DNA of 64,000 nucleotides from Octopus sinensis. Lineage: Eukaryota. A model generated the notes under the pieces. It searched no databases, had not been told where the DNA came from, and was given only the letters and a program-made list of their open reading frames with translations. Numbering within the stretch: position 1 is the first letter of the stretch; every line of letters starts with the position of its first letter. Below are positions 27,173 to 41,917 of the stretch, one piece after another. Location of the stretch: positions 53,568,001 through 53,632,000 of the forward strand of contig NC_043010.1 of assembly GCF_006345805.1 (NCBI RefSeq), read 5' to 3'. The position numbers and the translations under genes were made by a program.

Positions 27173-27719
27173 AATCTTTGTTGCTTCTTCGTATTATTTT
27201 CCATCTCAGAGAAAACGGTGATCTGATGGTATCGTAACCGCTGCCAGAGAAGATGCTTATAGCGGCATTTCTTCCGAATTTACGTTATGAGTTCAAATAT
27301 CGCCATTTCTGAGGCATTAAGATAAGTTGCAACTGAACACTTGGGTTGATGTAATCGGCAATCCTCCCTTCACAAAAGTTTACACCAGGCTACAGAAAGA
27401 ATTCCTCTCCGCTAAGTATTTAGCCATTCCATATTTTTTTAAGGAAAATATACTCAATCTTTTCTGACATCTTTTTCTCGATCGAAATACTTGTAGATTC
27501 AATAAGTTTTCGGATATTAAAAATAACAAAACAAAACAAACAACTTTAACCATGGTATTATTCTTGCAATACAGATATCGCATATTTTATCATTTTATAT
27601 AGCATATTGTGCCTGTATTTGGGAAAATATGAATTTCTATCAATCTATGTCTACTATATATATATATATATAAGTACTTTCCTTGTTTGTTTTGCAAAAT
27701 AGTGGTTTTGTCTCGAATA

Positions 27720-27752
<33 letters not shown>

Positions 27753-27925
27753 GAGTGTGTGTGTGTCTTTATGCATATATATAAATACATATATATATAC
27801 GTACAAAAATAGTTATGTATAATATAAATATGTGTATGTATATTTATATATATATATACACATATATATATACACGCATATATATTATATATATATATAT
27901 ACATAAATATGTACATATATATATG

Positions 27926-27959
<34 letters not shown>

Positions 27960-27963
27960 CGTT

Positions 27964-28043
<80 letters not shown>

Positions 28044-28453
28044 TATGGGTATATATTGTGTAGATTTTGATGAGTGATTATGTAGCATATTGGATTGTGA
28101 AATTTTTCAATCCACGTGCAAGTCAGTATGTAATAAGTAATACGAAGCAAGACTGCAAGGATAAGTTATATAATATAGATTGATGTCTGTTGAGGGGTTA
28201 TATTCATTTCATCTTTTCAGCTGAGAAAAATACTAAATTATGTAATTTTGTTACAGACCTCTGACGTTCCTAGACTTATCAATAAGTCGTAAACATATAC
28301 AGCATAACTATAAAGATGTGAAAATGGACAACATAAATAAATTATTTCCCATGAATAATTCCCCAACACAATCAATCATAGGCACAAAATCACCTAATAC
28401 TAGCCATAAATATAACGATTCACGCACACTCTCTCACACACAAACGCGCATAC

Positions 28454-28513
<60 letters not shown>

Positions 28514-28519
28514 TATATA

Positions 28520-28877
28520 TATATTAATACGTACATTTATATTTATAACAAATATGTATGTGCAAGAATATGTAGAAAAAAACATGCATTTGTTCGTATA
28601 TACGTTATATATATGGTATATATATTATATTATATATATAATATATATATAAATATGTGTGTGTGTATATATATGTATATATGTGTAATTGATAGGGACG
28701 GGGCAGTGCTGATAGAAATTTCAAGCACATTCATTGCATTATATATATATAATATATATATGTATAAATATATATATATATATATATTAATACGTACATT
28801 TATATTTATAACAAATATGTATGTGCAAGAATATGTAGAAAAAAACATGCATTTGTTCGTATATACGTTATATATAT

Positions 28878-28916
<39 letters not shown>

Positions 28917-29030
28917 TAAATATGTGTGTGTGTATATATATGTATATATGTGTAATTGATAGGGACGGGGCAGTGCTGATAGAAATTTCAAGCACATTCA
29001 TTGCATATATATATATAATATATATATGTA
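28520..29030. repeat. Tandem duplication of a ~263-bp unit between (TA)n tracts
   Basis: ttaatacgtacatttatatttataacaaat...gcacattcattgcat occurs at ~28523-28740 and ~28787-29006. Confidence 0.9.
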
Positions 29031-29045
29031 TAAATATATATATAT

Positions 29046-29107
<62 letters not shown>

Positions 29108-29484
29108 TATGTATGTATATATGTATGTATATATGTATGTATGCATATATATGTATGTATATATATATAATCTGTAAATTAATGTTTACAAGATACGACA
29201 TAATTTCCATAATTCCATATCCTGAATTTTTTAGTTCCTATTTACCTCTTTTGTCAGAAGATTTCCTTCTTATCTTTTTTGAGTCGTCACGAATCTGAAT
29301 CTGAAAATCATATTACTTTTCCATTTATGCGCTAAGCCGTATATTTTAAGTAGACTTAAGCTGTCATTTCTAGCAGATTGCTGGCGATAAGCGTAACCCA
29401 AATATGATTAATGATGTGAAGTGAAAGAAAACCAAAGAAATTTGCCGATAACTTGGTTTGCAACGCAAGCATACTTACCACAGA

Positions 29485-29776
<292 letters not shown>

Positions 29777-30521
29777 CCACGGATTATTTTTAAAGGAGTA
29801 TATGGTTTCAAGTAAAATAAATATTGAAGTTTTAAATTCAATTTACATGGTTTAGGAAAAAATCGGGTATTTGTTTACCGATAGGGGAAAATTACGATCA
29901 TATTTCAATCAATTCAACGCTGTCGGCACATCGTATTTTATGTTAATTTCCCTGATAGGTTGACATTGGGGCTTTATATGTCTTGCCCTGTTACTTGTTT
30001 ACATTCATTGATGTCTAGCCAAGGAGGTGAACCACTTCGAAAAACTGATAACGAATCCAAGTACACTACCGAATCACTAAGTTACTGTGTCATAGGCAAG
30101 CCAACATCGGTTGTCAAGTTGTGTGTGGGGTGACACATATAGCCACACGCAGACACGAACACAAACTACACACATATGCAGGGACTTTCGGGAGCACGTC
30201 AAATATTTCTTCTCTTGAATTATGGTTCTCAAAGCACGTCGCATACAGCTATAATGAAAAGCATGCAGATATGAGATTGAAACATCGTCGACATTTTTTT
30301 TTTTTACCCAAATGTAATTTACATGGTATGTGTTTTTGATGCATGTGATGTGCTTCGGTGGTGTAGAAAATAAACAAATGTATTAGTATAACGCTCGGAG
30401 AGTGAAAAAAGTCTGTAACGTTTCGAGCCTACGCTCTTCCACAGAAAGGAACATAGAAACAAATAAGGAGAGAAACAAGGAGATAAAAAATGGTTGTAGT
30501 GGCTAGCGATTATATATATAT

Positions 30522-30629
<108 letters not shown>

Positions 30630-30830
30630 GAAAGCTGTTACAAAAAGAAAATAGAAACTACACGTGGAGATGTAAGGTAGGTGAAAGTAAGATGATAAAT
30701 AAGCTAAAATGCACATTGGAAATAAAAAAGTAACGGCTTTTTATGAAAAGTAACCATACATATATACAATTAGATGAACTGAGGTAGGAATAAAAGTAAT
30801 AAAAGTTATTATTGGGAATTGTTAAAGAGA

Positions 30831-30876
30831 TTCAAAAGCATACCGATTTCGTAAAATTACAGATCACTACTTTGAA
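30831..30876 (-). ncRNA. Hammerhead-like motif with G3-C8 swapped core (plus A9U)
   Basis: Reverse complement: ttcaaagta-GTGATCT-gtaa tt ttac-GAAA-tcgg-TA-tgcttttgaa. Confidence 0.5.
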
Positions 30877-31989
30877 TGCGCACCGGTGTCGGGTATACTA
30901 GTCCCTGAGTAAAAAGATTATGTATATATATATATATAATTATTCGAAGTAGGTTTGATGGTAAGTACGGCAGGATTTTAATTAACGCTGATAACCTCTC
31001 AAAGTTTGAACACAAGATGAATGGGGAGATCTTCCCTTCTTCCAGGCCGTCAATTATTGTCTAACGGCGATTAGTTATTGCTGGTTGCTGATATTATGCG
31101 GAATAACAGGTCATATTTCTATAACAGCGAACGACGTCTACTGAAATATATGGATGATATTCTTTGAGACACAAATCCTTCAATTGAAAATCTAGTAAAA
31201 GTTAATGGTGGACACAGATTTCTGATTCACCAACATCAGATGCAACGTATTTGCGGTTGTACATCAACAATTAGATATTGTTATATATATAAAATAACAA
31301 CCGTTGATACTGGGCATGGACGACTGACACCGTATTCGTAGGTCATGACGCGTAATGAGACAAACGTATGCGTTCTACAACTTGAAGTCTTTCATCTATG
31401 ATGTGATTTCACACGTAATATGTATAAGTGTAATTTTGTTTCGAAACTGTTTCTGCAGAGAAAGGGCTTCCCACGCCCGAGCGTACACGGACGTGTTTGA
31501 TACAACCACACATACATGTTTCAGGAAACGCTGCATCGTACGCTCCCCAGTGAATTTCTTTTAAGATGTTATCCAAGAATTGTGGCTCCTATCATTAACA
31601 AAATGTCTAAACAATATCTGCCATCGATTTCTCACTATACTGGAACAGAAATGAAAGTCTTGAGAACCAATAATAAAACGTGTAAACGGTTCAAGAACTG
31701 ATAAGAATTTGCAGTCAAATTTTTAATATGTTATATAAACACTAATACTTTGAAAAGCACTCTACTATTTCTTTACGAAACGCTATTACAATTCGGTTTC
31801 TTAGTTATATTAATGTCTAGCAGTATCAAATAGTTTTGCTATTTTCATTACATTCGAGCCTTTGGAGTTTAATAACCAATCCACAATACTTTTGACTGTC
31901 AGTAACCGACTGAATGCAGGCGAAAAGTTTGTGTAGAGATACGATCAATACAGCTTAGGAAATTGTTTCTAATATCCTTGTCATTATAT

Positions 31990-32940
31990 CAGCTGAAAAA
32001 GGTGTAATAATGGAACGGTTAAATAATGAAGGAGCTTCATTATTGTAAACACACTATGATTATTCTACTCTGGAAACATCATCACCACTGAGAGAGATTC
32101 GATATGTTTACAGACACATAAAACAGATATTACATTAGAGTCCTTGTGGTGCAGGGTATAATTAATTTTAAACGATCTCATCTGACAGAACACAGTTTAC
32201 CGTGTCGATAGACAGCATCGTATCGTATCTCATTACCGTTTCGATACTGTGAAGTTGGCTAATGCCCATATCCTGCTACTTCTCCAGACTTCCACATTTG
32301 CCGTAATCATTTAAAGAACGAAATTAAAGAAGGATATAATTTATTGCCGTAAGTAGGTGCTGTATTAGCAGTACAAATAAATTTCATCACATTAACCCGC
32401 ATCTATTCGCTAGAAGTGAAGAAAGCAAAAGGAAGCCATTTCAGTGTAGCTTGTTCTTTGATTCACTATCTGAAACTGAAGATACTTTTTATAACTCTAA
32501 TACAATCAATTACAGGGAAGGGGTGGGAGTATTACTTTTGATTATCACTGTGAGGGTGGTAAATGTGGATGAAATAATTCAGTTATAGAAGTAAACGTCT
32601 TGAAGTTTTCAGTTCATGTTTATTTGCAAATCGACCGAAATCGATTAATTAAAGAGTGGTAGCAGTAATGAAGAACCTGATATCCAGTGAGAGAGTTTCA
32701 CAGCCAACGAAGCGGTGTCTGTACAGTTGATTGTTCTGGTTGAAATGGCTGACAAATTTCGCTCAGAACATAGCTTATTATCTTAAAACAAACAAAAAAC
32801 AAACGAGGATTTTAGATAATGAATGTAGCCATAATTACAATGTCTGAGAATCCGCTGATGAAAACGATTAAAATATTATTGTTCAAAATCACTGAATTCA
32901 CTTGTTATTTGGAAGTTAAAAACAAAACAGACAAAAATAT
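31990..32940 (+). pseudogene. Possible heavily decayed protocadherin/cadherin-repeat pseudogene
   Basis: Ordered remnants SGNIITTERDSIC, GYNLLP*VGAVLAVQIN..LEVKKA, GVLLLIITVRVVNVDE, TVDCSG*NG*QIS, LFKITEFTCYLEVKNKTD; many stops and frameshifts. Confidence 0.3.
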
Positions 32941-33534
32941 CTGTCTATTTTGCAGCTGTCGCTCTCGCTATCATTTTTTAGCCCTGGGTCAGTCTTGTTT
33001 AAGGAAATGTTAGTACAAATCAGTTCGAGCTTCCACCATCTTGTCTACGCATTCAGATATCGAGAACAGTACTGCTGGATTTGTGCTTTCCTTTATTAAA
33101 CCAGTTGGTGTAATTTGGATAAAATTTGATTGCAGATCCTTGCAGCTCATTGAGCCATAATAGAAACTCTCTCGTTGGCTTCAAATCTTTGAAGATTTGT
33201 TCCAGCGTACAGAGAAATCGATCTCATGACTTATATAGATTTTGTATAGTATTAATGAAAGGATCCAACGATTTGGGGCAACAATTTGATTTCAAATAAG
33301 TTCTAGGTATGTGTGTTACTAAAGAGATAAGAACAAAAGATGAAGGCTTCGGAGGCAAGATTATTGGAATTCGTTAAAAATATAGAATAAGATCACATCT
33401 ACAACGACGACGAAGAGGTATAGCAGGAAAAGTAAACGAAAAAGAAAATAAAAAGACGAAGAGAAAGAATGAGAATAGGGAGAAATAGAAGGCAATGGCT
33501 TCTGATCTTAACTGATTGCATGAGTTCTCATGTC

Positions 33535-33808
33535 TAAGTTTACGGGGACGTAAACACACCCCACTGGGGGACACACAAAGACACAGGCACACACACACAT
33601 AAATATATAAGTAAATAATTATACACTCATACACACACACACAAATATATACGACGTGCCTCTTTCGGGTTCCCTCTAACAATTCCACTCACAAGGATTT
33701 GGTGGGCTCGAGGCTATAGTGGGAGACACTTGCCCAAGGTGACACTCAGTGAAACTGAACCAGGAACCATGCCGTTGGGAAGCAAGTTTCTTACTACACG
33801 TCTGTGCC
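33535..33808 (-). mobile_element. Degenerate SINE B fragment
   Basis: cggggacgtaaacacacc...gacacttgcccaaggtg...gaaccatg. Confidence 0.75.
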
Positions 33809-34269
33809 TTTGTGCCTTTGTGTCTTTGATTCCGTTCCATAGATAAGTCTAATACATGATCTCACGCTGTTTATATTCGAGAGATTACAGACTTTGTGTA
33901 TAACAACAGCTAATTATACTGAGGCAAATGTTTGATAGTTGCTAACATGTCGGCCGTGAATGAAAGAAAAGGGAAGAAAATGAATTGCAATTTCAAACTA
34001 AAGTGTTAACTCACAAACACGTTTCCATGTCACAGATTGATAACCTTAGCCACGTTGTTGTTCTTACTATTGTTCTTCGATTAATTTCATTTATGTGTCA
34101 GATTCCATATTTGTAAGAGAGCAATGATACTCCGAAGAGAAAGGTATTTTCATCTCCACAGCGTATTTCTCATGGCTTAATGCTTCTCAGATGTTTCGAA
34201 ATCCAGGAAAGTTTGAGCTGAAAAATCTACGAACGTTGCCCAAAGCACTCTGCCATCGGCAAAATTAGC

Positions 34270-34347
34270 AGAATAATTTGCATGGCTTACAGTGTAGAAT
34301 AATTTGCATGGCTTATAGTGTAGAATAATTTGCATCACTTATGGTGT
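34270..34347. repeat. 26-bp minisatellite x3
   Basis: agaataatttgcatggctta(c/t)agtgt repeated. Confidence 0.85.
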
Positions 34348-34615
34348 GTGATTTATATCGAAAACTCTGCTAACTATGCAAGCTGTCTGAAGCCACTATG
34401 CCACTTCCTCTTGAGTTGAAACTTTGAATTTCCTAAGGGGTTACCGTAACAGAACTTCAGGGGATTCTTTGTGTAACTATTTATTATCCAAATTCCAATA
34501 TTATACGATAATTACCTCAGCACATACTCTATGTATTCAGATTCCAATATCATAACACCTTTGATCCACCACATATTTTGCTCAAGAAATTCCTCATACT
34601 ACAAACACATTTCAG

Positions 34616-35206
34616 AACAAGAGCACTCAGAGCGCGCAAGCCTCCGCCAAGGTAACAACAGCGTCCTCTCAACGATTAGCCAGAGATTAATTTTTAAAGG
34701 AGAATATCTGAAATAAACTCGACTGCTTTCACAAACTAGAATACTAAACGTGAACCCGACCGCTCTCGAAAAAAAGACCGGAAAATAATCCAGTATTGTT
34801 GTCGATCCCAAAATCTAATCAGTTCGTGCCGGGTAGAGGCCAAACATCCCCGAAAGATTCATTCGAATCCATCCAGTGGTTGCTGAGATATCTTGTCCAC
34901 GGAAATAAAAGGACTGAAAAACAATACCTATTTCTTTATTACCCACAAGGGGCTAAACATAGAGGGGACAAACAAGGACAGTCATAGGTATTAAGTCGAT
35001 TACATCGACTCCAGTGCGTAACTGGTGCTTAATTTATCGACCTCGAAAGGATGAAAGGCAAAGTCGACCTCGGCGGAATTTGAACTCACAACGTAACGGC
35101 AAACGAAATACCGCAAAGCATTTCGCCCAGCGTGCTAACGCTTCTGCCAGCTCGCCGCATTGGACTGAAAAACAATACCATCGCCTTAGCGAAGGCGGAG
35201 GTAATA
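34616..35206 (+). mobile_element. Helentron/DINE-1-like non-autonomous element, interrupted by SINE A
   Basis: Starts aacaagag; sub-terminal inverted repeat cctccgcc / ggcggagg; terminal stem-loop cgcctt..aaggcg then taataa. Confidence 0.55.
34929..35161 (-). mobile_element. SINE A monomer
   Basis: 18-bp TSD ggactgaaaaacaatacc (34911-34928, 35162-35179). Confidence 0.9.
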
Positions 35207-35534
35207 AACAAATATTACTGTTACATAGCAGAAGAAACATTAATTACGCTTCAAAGGAGGGTAAATTAAACGAAGTACAGATACCAGACACGCGCAGACA
35301 CAAAATCCTCGCATATACATTCTTACAAACAATAACACACACCTTCCTACACGAAGAACAAAACATGCAAATATGTCGAGAAATCAGGAATGTTTACGTA
35401 GTAACTAAATATGTGTTATGGCGAGTATCATGACATCCCCTTTGAGAATGGACGAGCCCAACACGTATAACTAGCAGTACAACAATTAGCATAAACACAG
35501 TACAAACTATATTCACTGATGACAGACTACTATA

Positions 35535-35952
35535 TATTTCTTTACTACCCACAAGGGGCTAAACACAGAGGGGACAAACAAAGATAGACAAACGGATTAA
35601 GTCGATTATATCGACCCCCAGTGTGTAACTGGTACTTAATTTATCGATCCCGAAAGGATGAAAGGCAAAGTCTACCATGGCGGTATTTGAACTCAGAACG
35701 CAGCGGCGGACGAATTACCTATTTCTTTATTACCCACAAGGGGCTAAACACAGAGGGGACAAATAAGGACAGACATAGGTATTAAGTCGAATACATCGAC
35801 CCCAGTGCGTAACTGATACTTAATTTATCGACCCCGAAAGGATGAATGGCAAAGTCTACCTCGGCGGTATTTGAAGTCAGAACGCCGCGGCGGACGAATT
35901 ACCGCAAAGCATTTCGCCCGGCGTGCTGACGTTTCTGCCAGCTTGCCGCCTT
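35535..35952 (-). mobile_element. SINE A dimer
   Basis: Two bodies; 16-bp TSD atgacagactactata (35519-35534, 35953-35968). Confidence 0.9.
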
Positions 35953-36309
35953 ATGACAGACTACTATAGCAGATAAACACCTTCTAGCTTGGTGATGTGT
36001 GTATGCGTGAGTGTGTGCGCGTGTATGTGAGAGTGTGCGTGTGTGTGTGCTTACCGTAGTCTCGGTCCTTCAGATTTCTTGTAAATGAAATTGGGTATAT
36101 GTGAACTATAAGGAATTCCTTTGGTTGGTATGTACCGGCAGTTCAAAGATTCAGCTTTGTCGCATAGATGCAAGAACGATAACCATTATATCATACAGTC
36201 ATACATTTTCTCATACTGATTCTGCCTGAGAATTAATTACATAAACAGTAAATGCGACTGTAATTTCCAAGCTCTTACACGGTAAAGTAATGAGAAGGAA
36301 AAATTAGTA

Positions 36310-36625
36310 GATGTGTGGAAAGAAGCTTGCTTCCCACCGACGTGGCTGCGAATACAGTCTCACAGCGTGGCACTTTAAGTAAGCGTTTTTTACGTTATTA
36401 TCCGGTCGACCGAAGCCTTGTCAGTAACTTTGATACAAGAAAACTGAAAGGAGCCCGTCGTATATTTATATGTATGTATAATATATGCGTATGTGTGTCT
36501 TTGCATCTGTGTTTGTGCATCCTTCATCGCTTGAAAACCGCTGCTGATATGGTTACGTACCTCTAACTTAGCGGTTCGGCTGAAGTCTATTCAACGAAAC
36601 AAGTAAAAAATAAAAGATAAAAGAT
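36310..36625 (+). mobile_element. Degenerate SINE B
   Basis: gcgtggcactttaagtaag...gcccgtcgtat...aacttagcggttcggc. Confidence 0.65.
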
Positions 36626-37019
36626 AAATTTAACTGCAGAATAGTCGTCGAAATAGACGGATATCCATTGAATAAAACCAACAACATAAAAATTTTCTTC
36701 TGTAAAATTGTCATCCGATATGGAAGTCGCACAACACATGGGCAACGCAATTGCCAAACAATACGATAATAAATTCAATTTAGCAGCGTTAGTAGCTTAA
36801 TATGCTTCAAAACATTTAATCATCATGAATTAGGGCGCGCATTGGAAAACGCAGCCCTATACAAAACAGTAGTCTTACTTTCTCTCCAAATAAAAGGGAG
36901 AGCGAAAGCGGAAATGCCTTTAAATAGTGGTCCTTATGATCAGGTTTATTATGGGGTTATTTAGCAATTTTAAACTTCGGACTGTAGGGCGGTGAGGTTT
37001 GTGGGTTATATTTATATAC

Positions 37020-37100
37020 TCTTTTACTCTTTTAATTATTTCAGTCATTTGACTGTGGCCATGCTGGAGCATCGCCTTTAGTCAAACAAATTGACACTAC
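37020..37100 (-). mobile_element. SINE B 3' end
   Basis: ttcagtcatttgactgtggccatgctggagcatcgccttta. Confidence 0.75.
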
Positions 37101-37413
37101 GGGGAGAGATAGATAGATAGAGAGAGAGAGAGAGACAGACAGAGAGAGAGACAGAGAGTGAGACAGGCATAGAGAGAGAGAGAGACAGAGAGAGAGAGAG
37201 AGAACAAAAGGGCTCAGAGAGAGAAACAAGCAAAAACTTCAAAGATGGATGTAGATAGGGAGAAATGGATAGAGAGATGCAGTCAAATAGAAGAGAAAGT
37301 AAGCGATATACATAGAATATAAATGCACACACACACATATATGTACGCGTATGTATATAGTTATATGTATGAATATCTATCTAACTGTCTATTTATGATA
37401 TATATATATATAT

Positions 37414-37457
<44 letters not shown>

Positions 37458-38293
37458 TATATATATATTATATATATATATATATCAAGAAAAAAGAAAT
37501 GGTAGAGAAAAAACAGCTAACGACACTTAGAATATCTAAAGGAAAAAAAAAACGAAAGTGTTGGAGATGGTTTTAAGCAACCTTCTCCATAACCGGATTT
37601 CCTCTATGTCCGTCTTTTGTGGCATTAATGTTTAAAACATTAGACGAACGAACACTCAGAAGAGATATAGAAAAACTAAACTCATAGACACACACATAAA
37701 CACACACACAACACACACGTGCGCGCACATAGACACAGGCGCACAGACAGGCATAGATAGTAAGCAACACAGTTACAGACAAAAGTTTGATCAAACCTCT
37801 ACACTATCGTAGATGACGTCTGTCCTCAAAGAAATATTAAACTATGCCAATCTCCAAATGTAAGCACACACATATTATATCACACAGAAGCACTTAATAT
37901 TTGACACATGTTGATTACTAACATGCACACAGACGTACGCATGTGCAGACGCACTGTCTCTCACAAATGCATTTATAAATATATATATATATATATATAT
38001 GTGCGAACACAGACACACACGTATTATATGTGTGTTTATGTGTGTACTATGTGTGTATATCTACAGTCCTATGATGGTATAGATGACTTCAGATTCGAAG
38101 TCACAGTCAACGTTACTCTTCTTTTTACTCTACATAACTGCACAATCCTTCGGCCTAATGTAGAATTTTTTTGGTTTTACTACAACACATAAACACGCAT
38201 ATATATATACATATATATATATATATATGTGTGTGTAAGTATCTATATACATATATAGATATGTATACACAATTATATGTATACATATGTACA

Positions 38294-38333
<40 letters not shown>

Positions 38334-38975
38334 ACATATATATATATATGTGTACGTGCGTGTATGTGTAAGTGTGTGTGTGTGTGTACGGCTGTGTGTG
38401 TCTGTAAACGTCCGGTTGTTGTGTGCAGACAATGTTAGCTCACACAAGATCTATATAACACAGGCTTTGAATATTTGAATGCTAGCTTATCAATTTTAAC
38501 GTTTCAGACAAATGGACACAGAGAAGATTTCGAGAATTCAATACAGAAAAGTCAAAGACAGCAGTTACTGAAGTAAATAAAAAAAAAAAAAAAAAAAAAC
38601 AAAATACAAAAGACAAAGCAACCATACATACAAACTAACAAATAAACAAACAAATGAAACAAGATAACTAAGTGTCTGTTTTGTTTTTCATCTTTTACTG
38701 TTTATCATAAGCTCGCATTTTCTAATGTGTTCTATTGTTATATAGTCTATTTCTTTAATGCTATTTCGAAATATTTTCTCAGTCTCCATCATTGCTGTAT
38801 TTTGTAGAGTTTAGATATCTTTGTTTTTCTTTTGTTTTTGTTTTTTTCTCTTTCTAATTCAATAATTTCCAGTTCTTTGTAGATTTGTTGATTAGTTTGT
38901 TCATACGAATATAACTTCTATATAAATATATGTATCTACCGATAACTACATGCTCATACAAACACATACACACAC

Positions 38976-39041
<66 letters not shown>

Positions 39042-39049
39042 GTATATAT

Positions 39050-39243
39050 ATATATATACAGATACTTATATACTTCAATATATATATACTTATATCAGTA
39101 TATATACATTTTTGCATATATAAACACTCACATATATATATATATATATATATATATGTGAGTGTTTATATATGCATAAATGTATATATACTGATATAAG
39201 TATATATATATTGAAGTATATAAGTATCTGTATATATATATAT
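39050..39243. repeat. Near-perfect ~190-bp palindrome centred on (TA)n
   Basis: cagatacttatatacttcaat...cactcacat(at)n mirrored by gtgagtg...attgaagtatataagtatctg. Confidence 0.9.
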
Positions 39244-40519
39244 ACATACAGACATGTACACACATATATCATTTGCCGTTGCAATATTATATATATTTTG
39301 AATGATTCTTTCATATTTATTCATGTGACAACTATATATTCTTATTCTTAATTATTGCTTGTGATAGATTTCACATATTTTCTTCCATTTGCCAATTTAA
39401 ATTAATTTCTTGTCACAAATGCTTTTCGTTTTATTTTCTTTGAAGATATTAATAAATAATTATCATCTTTTGAGAAAAAATAACCTAAAGATACGAAGGA
39501 ATGAAAATACTATCATAATGATAACCATTATTAATAATTTCTTTTGCAAATTCAGTGTCAACTGACGAGTATATTGTTCTGCTCTGCTGTTGTCTGTCAC
39601 ATATTTGCTACTTAATATTAAAGGGCTTTATAAAGACGCCATGAAACGTCCATAAAACAAAACACGATAATACGATAATATATGTGATATACTTTGCATC
39701 ACTGAGTGGTTAATTGATAAATCATAGGTTATATTATGCTGTAGGTTTCCAAAAAGAATGAAATAGTGGTGAGCATGAGTACCACTGGCCAGACGTCTTA
39801 AGAACTTCGTAATATTTACATTATTTATATTATTTACGTTATTTGAATTTGAAGCATATTTGTCCTCATCATATTTAAACAAAGAAAACAAAATATATTT
39901 ATTCTATGCATCTGTAATCTATGTAATTTATCTGTATTCTATGAATCTGTGATTACAAATGCAGCCGTTGAGTCGAATCTTTCGCCTGGAATCCGTAGTT
40001 GAGAATATCACTGAGGAGCTATAGGAGCTATACGAAACGAAACAATAAATGTAACTAATTATCTGCTAAACAAAGTTTCGTGTTTAGTTCTATAGAAACA
40101 CATACACATACATATACACGTATATATAAATACACGTATATATATATGCATATATATGTGTGTGTGTATATATATACACACATATGTATACACTCATATA
40201 TATATGCATACAAAATATTCCTTTCCTTCTCTTTTCGTTTGACACTCCTTTCAGATCCAAAGGCACACACACACACACACACACACGTACTCTCTCTCAC
40301 CTTCTCCCCATTCATTCCTCACCTCTTTTACTATCCTATATCTTTCGCTACGCGTACACACTCAATAATACTATAAAAAGAAACGAATCTCCTCAAAAAA
40401 TTCAATGTGAAGAATCCACTAGAGTGGATGCAAGCGCTAGTATATCTCTTATTATAAAAGGCAGATTTTATCTGCCTCCCTTTGTCTCTTATAGAAATCT
40501 ACAATATAGGATTTCTTTA

Positions 40520-41413
40520 ATTACAATTTACCTAGCATTTTTAAGAGTAGAATGCATCGGGTCGTGCCAGGTCCAGTTTTTAAAATTTCAACCGCAATTA
40601 AGCAAAATTTAGAGAAAACTCACATTGTGGTGTGTATGTCAAATGCTTTTCTTAGTGTGGGCTATAGCATACGCACACACAAAAAGGGAGCGATATGATT
40701 CACTCACGCTATCACTCTAATTTCTCCTTTCTCTTTGCAAGTGTGCAACGATTAAAGTGAAAACAGTGAATCCGACAGCGATAAAGAAAATTAATTGGCA
40801 CCTGATTTGAAAATTTAAAAACTGTTTCTTTCGGTGATTTTTCTGAAGAAACTGGGCCAAGCCACAGACTTTCCCAGAAGAGTAAAGCCTTAGACTATTT
40901 CTTTTTACTTTTTCGAATGAGCCCATTTGAAATCATTACGGCGGAAACGAACTGTTACGCTAAACGTAAACAAAGCGAAAGAAAGGATAGTTTGTTATTT
41001 CCCACAACCTTAAATGAAATTAAGGCCTATTTTGCCATAAATATTATTATGGGTATCAGAAAGTTACCCAGAATAACAAATTCTATCGTAAAATTTTGTT
41101 GTATACCCAATTGAATATTAGCTAATAACCCATTTTCTATAGCGATGTTTGAACAAAATTTTAATAATTTTATATATTGTTGAATTTACCTGTATCTACC
41201 TGCAATTAGAGTAACTTTGTGACAAAAATTATAGTATAGAATTGGTTGAGAACATTTCATTAATTTATCTTCCAAAATTCATGTTAATATATTGATAAAT
41301 AAAAAAGTTATAGTTGTTTAATGAAACCAGTCTAAATTTATGATTACGTTAGAAATTAATTGAAACACATAAGGGGTGTATTTTGGTCAGAAATATAGTA
41401 ACGAAAGGGTTAA
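40520..41413 (+). mobile_element. piggyBac-derived deleted element
   Basis: LDYFFLLF / FEIITAETNCYA...TTLNEIKAYFAINIIMGIRKLP is the piggyBac transposase N-terminal pattern. Right end gtaacgaaaggg|TTAA. Left boundary approximate. Confidence 0.7.
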
Positions 41414-41521
41414 GAAAAACCAAAAAATATTTTATTCTTTATAAATGCTGTGTTCAAAATAACATTTTCTTTTAAGAATGTGTATATAACAAAGTATGTG
41501 TATATAACTACGTGGCTTATA

Positions 41522-41917
41522 TCTTTATATATAAGAGTGAAGTTGTGTGTCTGTCTCCTACGATTTAGATTCGTAACTACTCCCACATTTTGCGGTGCAG
41601 TTTATCCAAAAGCGGGTATCTTAAAGTCGTGAGTCATATCGAGCCCTTCTGGGTATTAGCGCGCGTCTACAATGAGTCTACGATTAAAAAAAAATTTACC
41701 ATCATATTTTTTCATTTTAATGCATTGTTTTCGCTATTATATAAGGGAAGTAACTCTCTAAAAATATCTACGATGTGTCAACGATTTAAAAAAAATTTGC
41801 CTTAATTTTTTTTCCATTTTTAATGCATTTTCTTGCTATTTTTGGCTATAACTCTCTAAAAATGCTTATATAGTTATTTCCCTTACAAACCCGAGCAACG
41901 CCGGGCGATACTGCTAG
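41522..41917 (+). mobile_element. Non-autonomous Helitron
   Basis: A|TC 5' end; 3' hairpin cccg..cggg followed by CTAG|T. Confidence 0.8.
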
